DNA of 64,000 nucleotides from Eledone cirrhosa (taxonomy: Eukaryota), in the NCBI GenBank assembly GCA_964016885.1, contig OZ024743.1, positions 117,738,001-117,802,000 of the forward strand. The letters run 5' to 3'. Both the position numbers and the translations under genes were made by a program. This document shows positions 15,652 to 27,884 of this stretch, piece by piece; positions within the stretch are counted from its first letter, which is position 1; each line of letters begins with the position of its first letter. The notes below the pieces were generated by a model. The model made no database searches. It was given only the letters and a program-made list of their open reading frames with translations, and was not told where the DNA came from.

Positions 15652-17265
15652 TGTGTTTGTACATATGTGTTTATATATTTGCGCAAGTGTGTGTGTGTGC
15701 ATATATATATATATATGTACACACACATGTGCGCAAATATATTAACACATAGGGATACACACACCACACACACGCACACATACATATATATATATTTATA
15801 CGTGTGTGTATGGGGGGTGTTTATGTGTACGTATTTTATGTGTATGTGTGAGTGTATGTCATACGACAGACGTTTGAATGGGTACTCAATACCGAAGTAG
15901 AGTTTTAAATATTCTCACCCCTTAGCCATAATATATTGGGACACAGAGAGACAGGGTGAGAAAGTGGGAGATCTAGTGAGAGTGAGAGGGGGAGATAGTG
16001 AGAGAGAGAGAGGGTGGAGAGTGGGACAGGGAGTGTTGCTTTTGAATATAAATACACATTGTAGCATTTCTTCCAGGTCGAGTTCCACATATAACATCTT
16101 GTCACATTCTAGGAGATTCAATGAACGATTCATTGTCCCCCCGTAAATCTGCAACAAAATGCGATATATATGGTTCCTCATATAGGAACAAGGCCAGCAA
16201 TTTAGAGGGAAGGGACAACGATTAAATCCACCCCAGTGTGTTAAAGGTACTTTATTTTATCGACCTCGTATGAATAAAAGGCAAAAACTAAGCTCACAGC
16301 GTAAAGAGACGTACCTCAATACTACAAAGCATGGTGTCCGACAGTATACCGATATTGCCAATACATCTGCCAAAAGTGCGATATATATAGAAAGAAGTAT
16401 ACCTATAATAAGCATAGATATGAGTATATTTTAAAAGGGTTTGCTTTACACTCTCTTGTGGCCGGGTCCAATGCCACTATGCACTATCATTAACAAATCT
16501 CTTCTATTATATTCTTGAGATGACCAGTAACGGGTGAGCGGAATTTGGTAGACGGAAACATTTTGGAATTTCGTCATTGACCCATCTCTTCCTAAATCCT
16601 CCTCCTCATTCTCTCTCTCTCTCCCTCTCTGTGCGTGTGTGGATCTGTAAGTGTTTGTGTGCGTGCGTGTTTCTATGCTTATCTTATGGCTTATTATACC
16701 TCAAATTAGCGGTTCAAGAAATAGAGATATGTAAAACATTCACCAAATTGAAATATGTTGTGGGGTTCATATTGTTGAATAAAAAGCAGTACCTCAAAAT
16801 GGCCACCGTGTACTGACTAAAACTGTATAAACGAAATAATATATATATATATATATTGATAATCATGCAATTATTTCAGATATTAGAACCCATCACGCGA
16901 AATTATACTATAGAAATGAACCTGAAAAATATTTAGTCCATGGCTGAATCTGAACGAGCAAACAAAACTTTCCTGTTGTTTTTTTTTATTTAGATTTCAT
17001 TATCCTACGCGTCCTTCTATTTTTATGATGGCAAGGTGTAATTTTATATTGATTTTGGCTACTGTTTTTAACAGACTGTGGCACCACATAAAACATCTTG
17101 TTCCTAATTCAGATTGTCATGTTGAATTCGTGTTACAAGATGAAGGAGACTTGATTGAACACTTCCTTTAATGGTAGTATAATAAACTCTACTTTTATAG
17201 CTTTCTTTTAATAAAATGATTTCAGTGACAAGAGCCAACATCAAAATGTAATTATTTTCGTTACT

Positions 17266-17307
<42 letters not shown>

Positions 17308-17734
17308 AGTGTGTGTGTGTGTATATATATATACAAGTGTGTGTGTGTGTGTGTGTGTGTATACACACACATATATATATGCATATATACATACATACAT
17401 ATATACATACATACATTCATACAAACGCACACATATAGATATATGAATGTGCGTATGTATGAGTTGGTGTATGGATGCATGCAAGTATGTGTGTAGCTTT
17501 TACAACAGAGATGTAATGGAAGCTAGCTAAATTCTAGAATATTGCCTTGCTCAGTAACTAATTCCAGTGTTTTGTGGTTGTGAACGATTGTAAATATTTG
17601 GCTTTTAAGTTTTACAACTTTTTTTTTAATTAATCCTGTAGGACTTTAGTATATACACTTATATATACACACATATATATGCCTACGTATAAGATATTGA
17701 ATTATTGTATCTCTATGTTCGACACAAATCTGGG

Positions 17735-17950
17735 CAATTTTGTTTAAGGAAGACCAGCAGTCGTCCATGTATACGAGTTTCCTCTCACTACGTCACCAAT
17801 GTTGTCCAAGGGAGATGCAAAGGCCAATACAATTCGGCACCAGTAACGCCGCAACTCATTTCTTCAGTTGAGTAAACTAGAGCAACGTGAAATAAAGTGT
17901 CTTGCTCAAGGACACAACGCATCACCCGGTCCGAGAATCGAATTCACAAC
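17735..17950 (-). mobile_element. tRNA-derived SINE (CORE/V-like domain)
   Basis: Reverse of gttcgattc..gatgcgttgtgtccttgagcaagacactttatttcacgttgctc; homologous to 22700-22940 and 62885-63000. Confidence 0.7.
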
Positions 17951-18582
17951 TTTCTGCAATAACTGAAATGAATTCCAGTAACAGTGTTTACTCATACAGA
18001 TTTAGTAGTTTAGTGACTATATCTGTACATATTGATTAACTTTATATATAAAATAGATGCAACTAATATCATTCAAATCAGCAAATAAGTAATATCAAAT
18101 ATATTGATATATACCAAAACCGTCGGTGGTTTCACTAATACCTCACTTTCAGTATAAGTTATGTAAACAAGTGAATATTTCAACAGTCAGATCTATAACT
18201 ACTCGGTGTTGGCACATGTTTTCCAGGGAGGTTATCCAGTAAATAACAAGGAAAATTATATATATATATATATGTGTGCGTGCGCGCGTGTGTGTATGTG
18301 TGTGTGTGTGTGTATGTACGTATGTATGTATGCATGTATGTATATGCAAGAATATCCGCAGCTGTGAAAATAAATAAATAATGTGTGTATGTATATATCT
18401 ATATCTATATGTATATCGTGAAAAGGTGTGGACGTTAGAAAACGTTCTATACAGACCACGTTATATAAGGAAGATGATAAAAAATGGTTTGAAAAGCACA
18501 CCTAGTATATATATAAAAAGGATCTTTATAACATGTATGAAAAACTGAACTTAGCAAAGCCGGGTTTCTCTGTTTTGGATCA

Positions 18583-18737
18583 GCAAAACATTTGTTATTC
18601 GGTTAAGTTGTTTTTTTCGTTAAAACTCCTGCATGTTGATTTTCGACCACATGGTTTGGCCAAACCTATGTGGTCTAAAATGAGCATGCAAGAGTTTTAA
18701 TGAAAAAACATTTTAACATAATACCAAATGTTATGCA
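18583..18737. repeat. Imperfect ~155-bp hairpin (MITE-like)
   Basis: gcaaaacatttg..aaaactcctgcatg..gaccacatggtttgg|ccaaacctatgtggtc..catgcaagagtttt..caaatgttatgc. Confidence 0.6.
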
Positions 18738-19099
18738 TATAGATTTAAGTAAATATCACAAAACCTATTGGAATCAATATCTTGATTTCAAGATATTAAC
18801 AAAGTCTTGAATTCAGAGTGGTATATTATAATCGATATAGCCAGTCATATGATGTTTTATCCTCAAGGAAAACGAAAACGAAAGGAGAGCTTAAGCTCGG
18901 CTGGATTTGAACATAGGACACGGCGGCCGTCTCTAATGCCCCAAGGTTTGCAGCCCATCACACACCCAATTTGCCTATCCACCACAATCCATACACAAAA
19001 CATGATGACAATGATTTCTAACCTCTTTACATCCGATAATTTCCACAGAATAAAAAAAATGTAATGAAGCACAATAGAATAAAAAAATAATAATATCAA

Positions 19100-19189
<90 letters not shown>

Positions 19190-19495
19190 TGATATCAAAT
19201 AAATGAATAAATATATAAAGTTGGTCAATTAAATGAGATGAAATTAAGGGTATAATGTTTAACATACGTGTGTTTGTCGTCTTAGTTGGCAAATTGTTTG
19301 AAGTAGTGCAATCAGCTTCAATTAAACAGAACTAACTTCTATCTAACATTATTATTGCTAACAGGTGAAGGAACTTCTGTCAGGAATCTTTCTGAAAAAG
19401 TTTTAAACAATTTTAAGAAATAAAAAAAAATATATATCACCATAAATGAATGAAGTCAAATGAGTCATGATTGTATAAACAAATAACACTCGTAA

Positions 19496-19541
<46 letters not shown>

Positions 19542-19566
19542 ACACATATATACATATGTGTGTGTC

Positions 19567-19607
<41 letters not shown>

Positions 19608-19679
19608 GTATATGTATATATATATAAATATATATACACATATATATACACACACATACACACACACATACTCTCACAC

Positions 19680-19788
<109 letters not shown>

Positions 19789-21149
19789 GGATGGACATTC
19801 AAAAAGGTAATAAAAAAGAAATTCTGTTTTTACTTGTTTATATTGTTATTATTCAAGCTCTGTTTCTTTTTATTTCTTTTTTCTTTCATATCAAACTATC
19901 TCGTATTGAATGTATTTTGCAAAAAAAGAAAAATCACATAATTATTAGTTTGCAAATAAAATATAATTTCATTATAGTTTCAGAGTAAATTAAAAGTTGC
20001 AAAACATAATTGTTGCCCTCCTCAGGGAAAAAGCCTTTTTCCTCTCTGTATTAAGGTAGGATAATTTCTAAGATCAATAGGCCATCATAGTATACAAACA
20101 CATAGTTTGTGATGTATTAGCGGATGTTGGCGGAACAAGGTTATGAGAAGTAAATTAACTACAAAATAATGAAATATAATTAAAAATAAAACAAAAAATG
20201 AACAAAAACAACACAGAAACACAAACCCCAGAATAAATATAAAATATATATGTTAAAAAACATTTATTTATTTCCATTTTATTTTAAATAATTCTGTTAA
20301 CAGTAATATACTGTTACTCTTGTTGTTATTGTTATTATTATTATTGTTATTATTATTGTTATTGTTATTATTACCTTAAATGTATTTGTTTATGCTCAAA
20401 TTATAATTTGTCTATAATGTGATCAGAATATTCCCGCTTCATCTTTCAAGACATAAAACTGAAATGAATTTCACAAATAAAAATATAAATTTATTTACAT
20501 ACATATGATACACTAAGGTACACACACAGACAGACACACACATATACACACACATGTATATGTATATATATGTGTGCGTGTGTGTGTTTGTGTGCGTGTG
20601 TGTGTGTGTGTGTGAATAGAATATTTAAAAACAAAACTTTCATTATATATATATATATGCATTAAAAAACAATTTCGAAGCAATTACAAATGTAAACGTA
20701 GTAGGTGATTAGTTGGAAGAACAATATAATAAATATTTAGATTTTAGACAGAAAAGCTATATTATCTGAAACTAAAATATATCAAGTGCTTTATTCCAGT
20801 CCCTTTGGAGTTGAACTAAAACACAAAGCTTTCAGAAATGATCGAAAATTACAATTTCTCTTAATTTCCTATATTGTTAATAAAAATGAATAGGAAAAGA
20901 TATTTTATCGAAATTGAAACTATAAATCAAACTAAAGCCCCAAAATCTATCTAGGCTGTATTTCATATATCATTCCTAATAATATCCCAACGCAACCATG
21001 ACCGTCCTTCTATCTGAATTTGGGAATTATAAGTTTCTACTAAGTAATCCACATATTTATATTCCCTTTATGTATGTATGTATGTCTGTATGTATGTATG
21101 TATGTATGTATGTATGTATGTATGTATGTATGCATGCATGTATGTATTT

Positions 21150-21520
21150 ATCTGTGTGCGCGTGTTTCTCTTTTTCTCAATTTCGAGTAGATTTTTGACC
21201 AGCCACCTTCCTGGTGGCAAGGTTGTAAAAGAAAAGAAGTTGTAATCCCTTTAATTGCTAGAATGTTTTGCAAATTTTGAAGGTGCCTGCTATCTCAGCC
21301 ATTTGTAGTCTCTGAATTAGGGAGCTGCGCTCTTTGTCCGCAAATCTAAGTTCAGTCATACTTTGGCCCAAGCGGGTTTGTATATAACTTGTAGCTCCAA
21401 TAATGATGAGTATGATACTGAATGTGAATCTTGGATACTGGATCTGCAAACTCCTCATCAATGGTCTGTAGATGTCCTCCTTCTCTATTGTTCTCATAAC
21501 GTGGGCAGCTGCTCTCTACA
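21150..21520 (-). mobile_element. 5'-truncated copy of the R4/Dong-like LINE at 27885-30937
   Basis: EDIYRPLMRSLQIQYPRFTFSI...KICKTF plus 3' UTR match 30565-30937; flanked by (TATG)n. Confidence 0.85.
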
Positions 21521-21899
21521 ACAGAACACGTTTTCAAATTGTAGTCCCAATGTATGTATGTATATTCTGGTTTTATCTTTTAATTTTAAGTATGTACACG
21601 TACATACATATATGTATACAGACGTACAGCAGTATGTATATATATATATATACATACATGCACACATATATATATGTACGTATGGATTCACCGAACATTT
21701 ATTATAATGCTCGGTGCGTTTGTAAACAAACATCCCGTATTAAACCGTAGTGTCTAGCAACCATCGTTGCTCGTTTGTTCAACACTTGTTTTTACCTATA
21801 GAGAGAGAGAGTCGGTTTCTAACATGTACTCAAGCCTCTTTAATTGGAATTTAGACATCATCAACTAGATGGATAAGTATATATGTCTGCATGCATGCG

Positions 21900-22065
21900 T
21901 AGGGTCTGATACCATGCTTTGCAGCAAAGAGTTACGGTCCTTTATGGTCTGAGTCCAAATCCCGCCGAGGTTAACTTTGCCTTTCATCCTAACGAGGTCG
22001 ATAAAATAAAGCACCAGTAATACACTGGGATAATTGCTGGCCTTGTGCCAAATGTAGAAACAACT
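21900..22065 (+). mobile_element. SINE (Meta-domain-like family)
   Basis: Same core as 7715. Confidence 0.75.
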
Positions 22066-22099
22066 GTATGTGTGGATGTGGATGTGTTGAGTTATATGT

Positions 22100-22516
22100 G
22101 TGCATCTACATACGTGTTGTATCTGTACATTCAGTTATTACATGCATAATGTTTGGATTGTTTTACATATATTTACTCTTCCATTAATAGATTGTACTTG
22201 TAATTTCCTAACTAGTTGTGTTCTTTTTTGGTTCAGTGAAGCACAGCTCACGATTTGTACTGAGACAGTTACTCACATATTCCAGTGCCCCAATAATCAC
22301 AGGTATAAATCTGAAGGTATAGTCAGGATGGGGTATTTTCATATTTCTCATTAGTTCTGCATAGATATTCTCCTTTTCGCTAAACAGTAATATTATATTG
22401 GCATCTGCTGGGCAGCTAACTTCCATTACTGTGCATGCCTTCTTTTCCTTCTCCCGTACCATTATATCTGCTCTGTGATGCTTGCATTTTATTGAGGTTT
22501 TGAATGAACATCCCAC
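22100..22516 (-). pseudogene. RLE endonuclease fragment of a second R4-like LINE family
   Basis: KCKHHRADIMV..EVSCPAD..EKENIYAELMRNMKI..FIPVIIGAL parallels HNRPDIIVWD..EISCP..FIPIIIGA; adjacent to degenerate (TATG)n. Confidence 0.75.
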
Positions 22517-22699
22517 CAGTACTCTTTCATATTATGTATGTATATGTTTTCCACATTGCTGTAAATGTATGTATGTATGAATGTATGTTTATATGTATGC
22601 ATGTATATATGTATCTGTGTATGTATGTATGTATGAATGAATGTATTGTAATGTATCTATGTATGTATGTATGCATTGTATCTATGTATGTAAGTTTCA

Positions 22700-22940
22700 A
22701 GCTGCCTAGCTTAGTAGTGAGCGTACTTGGCTCATGAGCGAAAAGTCAGGGATTCGATACACGGTGGTACATTGTGTCCTTGAGCAAGACACTTTATTTC
22801 ATGCCGTTCCATTCCACTTAGCTGGCAAACATAGGGTAAGCATGTTTGTGGCTTGCTCAGCCACTTCTACGTTCATTTCCTAAGCAGACTATTCCGGATT
22901 GTATCAACTGAAAATCTCCTCGTAACTGACAGTGCCAATT
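22700..22940 (+). mobile_element. tRNA-derived SINE (CORE/V-like domain)
   Basis: tagcttagtagtgagcg (A-box-like), gggattcgatac (B-box-like), gtgtccttgagcaagacacttt. Confidence 0.65.
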
Positions 22941-22961
22941 AATGTGTTTCTGTAAATATGT

Positions 22962-23009
<48 letters not shown>

Positions 23010-23024
23010 ACACACACAAATTGG

Positions 23025-23967
23025 CTGTATCATTTTATATGAGATATATCAAAGATATCTCTTCCCAGACGGACATCTCGTTTCACTATAAGATTTCTAC
23101 AAGTTGGGTGAAGTTATACCAGTTTATGTAGAAGCTTGTATACGATCAACAGATACTTATTCAAGTGGGCTCTTATAATTCTTCAGTGGGTGCCCAATAC
23201 TATTGATATTGATAACCAAATCAACATCAATATTTAGCGATAATCACCATCAGTGCTTGAGGGAACTGCTAGGGTGTTAGTCCAGCAGTTCTAAACAAAA
23301 TCTCACACTGTCTCGAAAATAGGAGGAAGGAGATTACGGCCAAAATCCAATACATGCGCAGGTCAATGAATTCTTAAAAGAATTCAAGCCACGTGCTAGA
23401 ACTCAATTGGATATGAAAAGATAACCATATGTGGGCATCGCTTGATGACACACATAGATGCTTTCTCGGGCAAAATAAATAACAGAATGAGATGCAAGAA
23501 CAGACAATCAATATTCATATTAAAAAAATAAACAAAGAGACTAATACCTTATATCGGAAAAGTTCATATCTGTTGCTCCAAGAGTAAATATATAAATACA
23601 TAATCGGAGAAAGCTAATAGCGATACTCCGGCCAAATTCCAACTCACTCAACAAACATTAGGAAATACCTGAGTATATTCTTAATTAAACGTTCGGATGG
23701 TAACTAATTGTATTGTGTGGAAAATTGTCTGTATCATTTTATATGAGATATATCAAATATATCTCTTCCCAGACTTTATACCAATTTATGTAGAAGTTTG
23801 TATAAGATCAACAGATACATATTCACGTGGGCTCTTATAATTCTTCAGTGGGTGCCCAATAATATTAATATTGATAACCAAATCAACATCAATATTTAGC
23901 GATAATCACCATCAGGGCCTGAGGGAGCTGCTAGGTTGTTAGTCCAGCAGTTCTAAAGAAAATCTCA
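23025..23967 (-). mobile_element. Direct-repeat (~700-bp period) HHR element; HHR at 23064-23190
   Basis: 23025-23307 is repeated at 23729-23967. Minus strand ccca-CTGAAGA-a-ttataaga[~75 nt]tcttatag-t-GAAA-cgagatgtccg-TC-tggg; the second repeat has lost GAAA/stem III. Confidence 0.7.
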
Positions 23968-24004
<37 letters not shown>

Positions 24005-24005
24005 C

Positions 24006-24039
<34 letters not shown>

Positions 24040-24049
24040 GTGTATACGT

Positions 24050-25260
24050 GGTTACACAACAGTTAGTTCAAAATACCGAGAACAATTGTTTCACCTTAGC
24101 GGATCCTCAGCTCTTAATGGACATGGTTATACGGAACAGGAAGGACAACCGTACGAACGCGTATGCGCAGAAACGATCACTTCACACAGACAATACTAAA
24201 TTGCGTGCGAGAGGTGTAAGGGATATAACTGCGAAAGTCCGAAATTTCTAGTTGATAAGAAAATTAGGATGTTGTTGTAATTCAATCCGGGGCTTTGTAA
24301 TTATGTAAGACATGTTTCCAGGCGTGTGGACAACGTGTGAAGAATTCACACCTTGAGTTTAGGCAATCACTATTGCGTAATGTCTTTAGAATATTTATTC
24401 GTACATCAATATATAATCCACACGAAGGATTGCCCCTAGCGTATGGCTTGGACTTAGTGATGTCTTTCCATTGAATGGAGTAGTCTATAATTGAGTCCTT
24501 GAGGGACCATACGTGGCTCGCGAGTTTCGTGGATGAACGTCTCCCCGGGTACCTAAAGGTCGACTGGTGGTTCAGGAAGCGTTCCTTAAATCAGCGCTCT
24601 ACCATACTCACATAGGATTTGACCTCCCGTGGTTGATCTGGTCGGTTAGAAGTGACCACAGCTTCATAAACTACAGCGGGTGTGTTGCATTACTATTGAA
24701 GGGGACAAGCTTCGGTCTTACGGCAAGAGCACCTTGGTGGGTGGTACTCTTATGGCTGTTGGTGATGTCGGCCTTAATGTTCTTAGAGCAGGAGGATCCT
24801 GGTTTTACTTTGCATCGGTTAAAGATGGAGCGGTATTTATGACCTATGGGACTATGTATTGATGAACGAATAAATGTTCTAAAAATATTACGCAATAGCG
24901 TTGGCTAAATGCAAGATATGAATTCTTCACACGTTGTCCACACGTCTGGAAACACCTCTGACATAACTACAAAGCCCCGGTTTGAATTACAACATCCTAA
25001 TTTTCTTATGGACTAGAAACTTTCGGACTTTCGCAGTTTAGTATTGCCTGTGTGAAATGATCGTTTCTGCGCATGTGCGTTCATACGGTTCTCCTTCCTG
25101 TTCCGTATAACCATGTCCATTACGAGCTGAGGATCCGCTGAGGTGAAACAATTGTTCTCGGTATTGTGAACTAACTGTTGTGTAACAAATTCTACCAAAC
25201 TCGTCCCATGGACTGAGTGCTCTACCACTACGGATATTACCTTCCAGTGATCTACCACTA
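24050..25260 (-). mobile_element. 5'-truncated Penelope-like element (GIY-YIG C-terminus) with inverted pLTRs, family B
   Basis: Minus strand HKYRSIFNRCKVK..SCSKNIK, then FKERFLNHQSTFR..STKLASHVWSLKD..IQWK..KPY..CLNSRCEFFTRCPH. 24053-~24415 is inverted at ~24865-25186. HHRs at 24077-24113 (-) and 25123-25160 (+). Confidence 0.85.
25123..25160 (+). ncRNA. Minimal type I hammerhead (family B); copies at 24077-24113 (-), 34822-34859 (+), partial at 45941
   Basis: cgag-CTGAGGA-tcc gctga ggt-GAAA-caattg-TT-ctcg. Confidence 0.85.
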
Positions 25261-25281
25261 TATATATATATATTTATATAT

Positions 25282-25429
<148 letters not shown>

Positions 25430-25989
25430 GTGTGTGTGTGTGTGTGTATGTTTGTGTGTGTGTGTATGTGTGTGTGTGTGTGTGTGAGTACGTGTACATA
25501 ACAAACACTTATGCTAATGTATTTCATACCGAGTACATTCATGTCAACGAAAAATTCCCATGCAAAAATAACAAATGAAAGACTAATGTAACACTGAATA
25601 ACTAGTCTTTAGTGAGCGATTCTTTCTCCGCATATATTTGTTAAAAAGGAAATTTTGCTGGAGATACGTTTTCCACGGAGGAGATGACTATAATTTTAGT
25701 GAAACTAAAAGAAAAAATTAAATTACTTTGTATATTATATTCATCTATCTTTTTAATGTTTTCATTTACTAAATAATTTCGTAAAATCGGATGTTTCTCA
25801 TGACAGCCACAAATACCAAAGTGTTCTGTTCGTTGATGTTACACCTACAGGCGTACTAACGTATCATGGCAGAAGACTTTTCGACAAAATGAACCTTAGG
25901 ATTAAGGTAGTGGAAAAACCAAGAGATAACTTAAATCCCGAATCATTAGTGATAAAAATGTTTAGTCTGTAAGATAAGCCCACAGATTA

Positions 25990-26230
25990 ACTTTAAAACT
26001 AGAAATGTAGTCTATGGCATAATATTACAGAGGGACGATGGAAAAACAAGAGAATGACATGCATAGGAGTGACACACCGTAGCATAGAAAAACTAGCTAG
26101 AACCTAGTAAGGAGAAAAGGTCATGAGTGCTATACCAACATGCCAAAGTAGAAAACTAGGGCTCAATAGCTAACACTGAAATAAATATCATGTCCACACA
26201 TAGAACTGATGCAACACTCAGACAAATTAC
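25990..26230 (+). pseudogene. Possible GIY-YIG endonuclease remnant (PLE)
   Basis: KTRNVVYGIIL..., then frameshifted IGVTHRSIEK, resembling VVY...YIG.T.R. Confidence 0.35.
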
Positions 26231-26516
26231 AGAGACCACACACAAAATAGACATGACAATACACATACAGAGAGACGCAAGCGAAAACGCATGGGCAGGA
26301 AGGAAACACGAAGAACGCAGCACAAGAAAAGGCCAAGATGGATTAGATGTTTAAATCAAGAAGAAAAAAGTGCATAGAATGTGTGACGAAAAGACTTTGA
26401 CAAATGTATGAACAACGAAAAATAGATGAGATTAGAGTGAAGATTATATGGTGCGTGTGTTTCTTTCTATTGGCAATATTGGCAAATGACTATCCCCGAA
26501 TATAACAATATGCCAA

Positions 26517-27236
26517 TCTATGTATCTAAAACAGAGAATGTATGTCTGTTTGTCTGTCTAACTCCCTAAATCTCGAGAATCACCCAACCGACTTTTTTTA
26601 ACGTTAAACATGTAATACTTATGGTCATGCGAGTGTTTTGAGCAAACAATATTTCAAATTGTCTATGCCCTAGGGACCGTATCAGGCGCCGGTAACGTCG
26701 CGCCCTTATTATATCTATATGTATGCCTGGCTGTCTGCATTACGACATTATGACACTATCTGTGTGTGTGTGTATATATGTATATATAGTGTGTGTATAT
26801 ATATATATAGTGTGTAACGTTTTTTGAAATATTTACTTCTGCGTTCACAGATTGATTTTTTTTATTTTTAGAAGATCCGGTTAAGGGTGAAAGCAGCGAT
26901 TCTTCGCTTAAACTTTAAGCTGTTATTTTAATATATATATATATATATATATATAACTATGTATTCATGTACAGATATTTTTGCATACACAATAACAAAA
27001 TATAAATAAACGTATTTATTTCACGACAGCAGCAAAAACAATAACAAAAAATTGAGGGAACGCAATTACATGCTTTTGAAAAATCTTAATGGAAAATGAT
27101 TTGCCCTAGGCGACTTCATTTTTTATTAGTACTTCTGCATTAATTGGTGAACATATGACGAAACTGTTTCAGAAAGGAGGGATAAACATTTTAATCTATG
27201 TTTAGAATCCCGAGCAACGCCGTGCCATTCTGCTAT
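26517..27236 (+). mobile_element. Non-autonomous Helitron
   Basis: 5' tctatgtatctaaaacagagaatgtatgtctg; 3' cccgagcaacgccgtgccattctgcta; homologous to 6659-7587. Confidence 0.6.
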
Positions 27237-27244
27237 TATATATA

Positions 27245-27630
27245 TAAATAAGAAGAAAATGCGAAGTAGTCCTTTATTGATAAAATTGATACATATTTCA
27301 TTTACGACAGTGGCCACGCTATTCCGCATAACGAGTGCCACGATATCATCAGACAGCTTCTTATTCTTACATAATAAGTTTACGTTCTCGATTAATACGA
27401 CAATTTAAACGACAAAGGAATGGGCGAAGACTTCAAGAACATCATATTTGTCCGTTCCCTTGTTATAATTTGGATTGCCTCGAGAACGCAACGTTATTAT
27501 GTAAGAAGCTGTCTGATGATAGCATGGCACTGATTAGGTGGAATAGCGTGGCCACTGTCGTAATTGAAGTACGTATCACAGCCTTATCAATACAGGACTT
27601 TAACATCTGAAACTACGCATTTTCTAATTC
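27245..27630. mobile_element. Fold-back HHR element; HHR at 27508-27582 (+), inverted copy ~27285-27358
   Basis: gctgt-CTGATGA-[~46 nt]-GAAG-tacgta-TC-acagc; the inverted arm retains GAAA. Confidence 0.7.
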
Positions 27631-27706
27631 TAAATATACTCCGTCGTTCCTATATGAAAATGGTTCGTAGAATGCTTGAATTGAATTTTATCAATATTTA
27701 TTATAA

Positions 27707-27783
<77 letters not shown>

Positions 27784-27884
27784 CATACATACGTACGTAC
27801 ATACATACATACATACATACATACATACATACATACATACATACATACATACATACATACATACATACATACATACATACATAC

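Noticed and set aside
19364-19422. Possible terminal exon (ctaacag|GTGAAGGA...AAATAA, EGTSVRNLSEKVLNNFKK*)
   Set aside because: Only a splice-acceptor-like match; no recognisable protein and no partner exons.
20375-20458. Minus-strand exon-like segment (tttcag...AAG|gtaata)
   Set aside because: Stops in all three frames; cannot be supported without RNA data.
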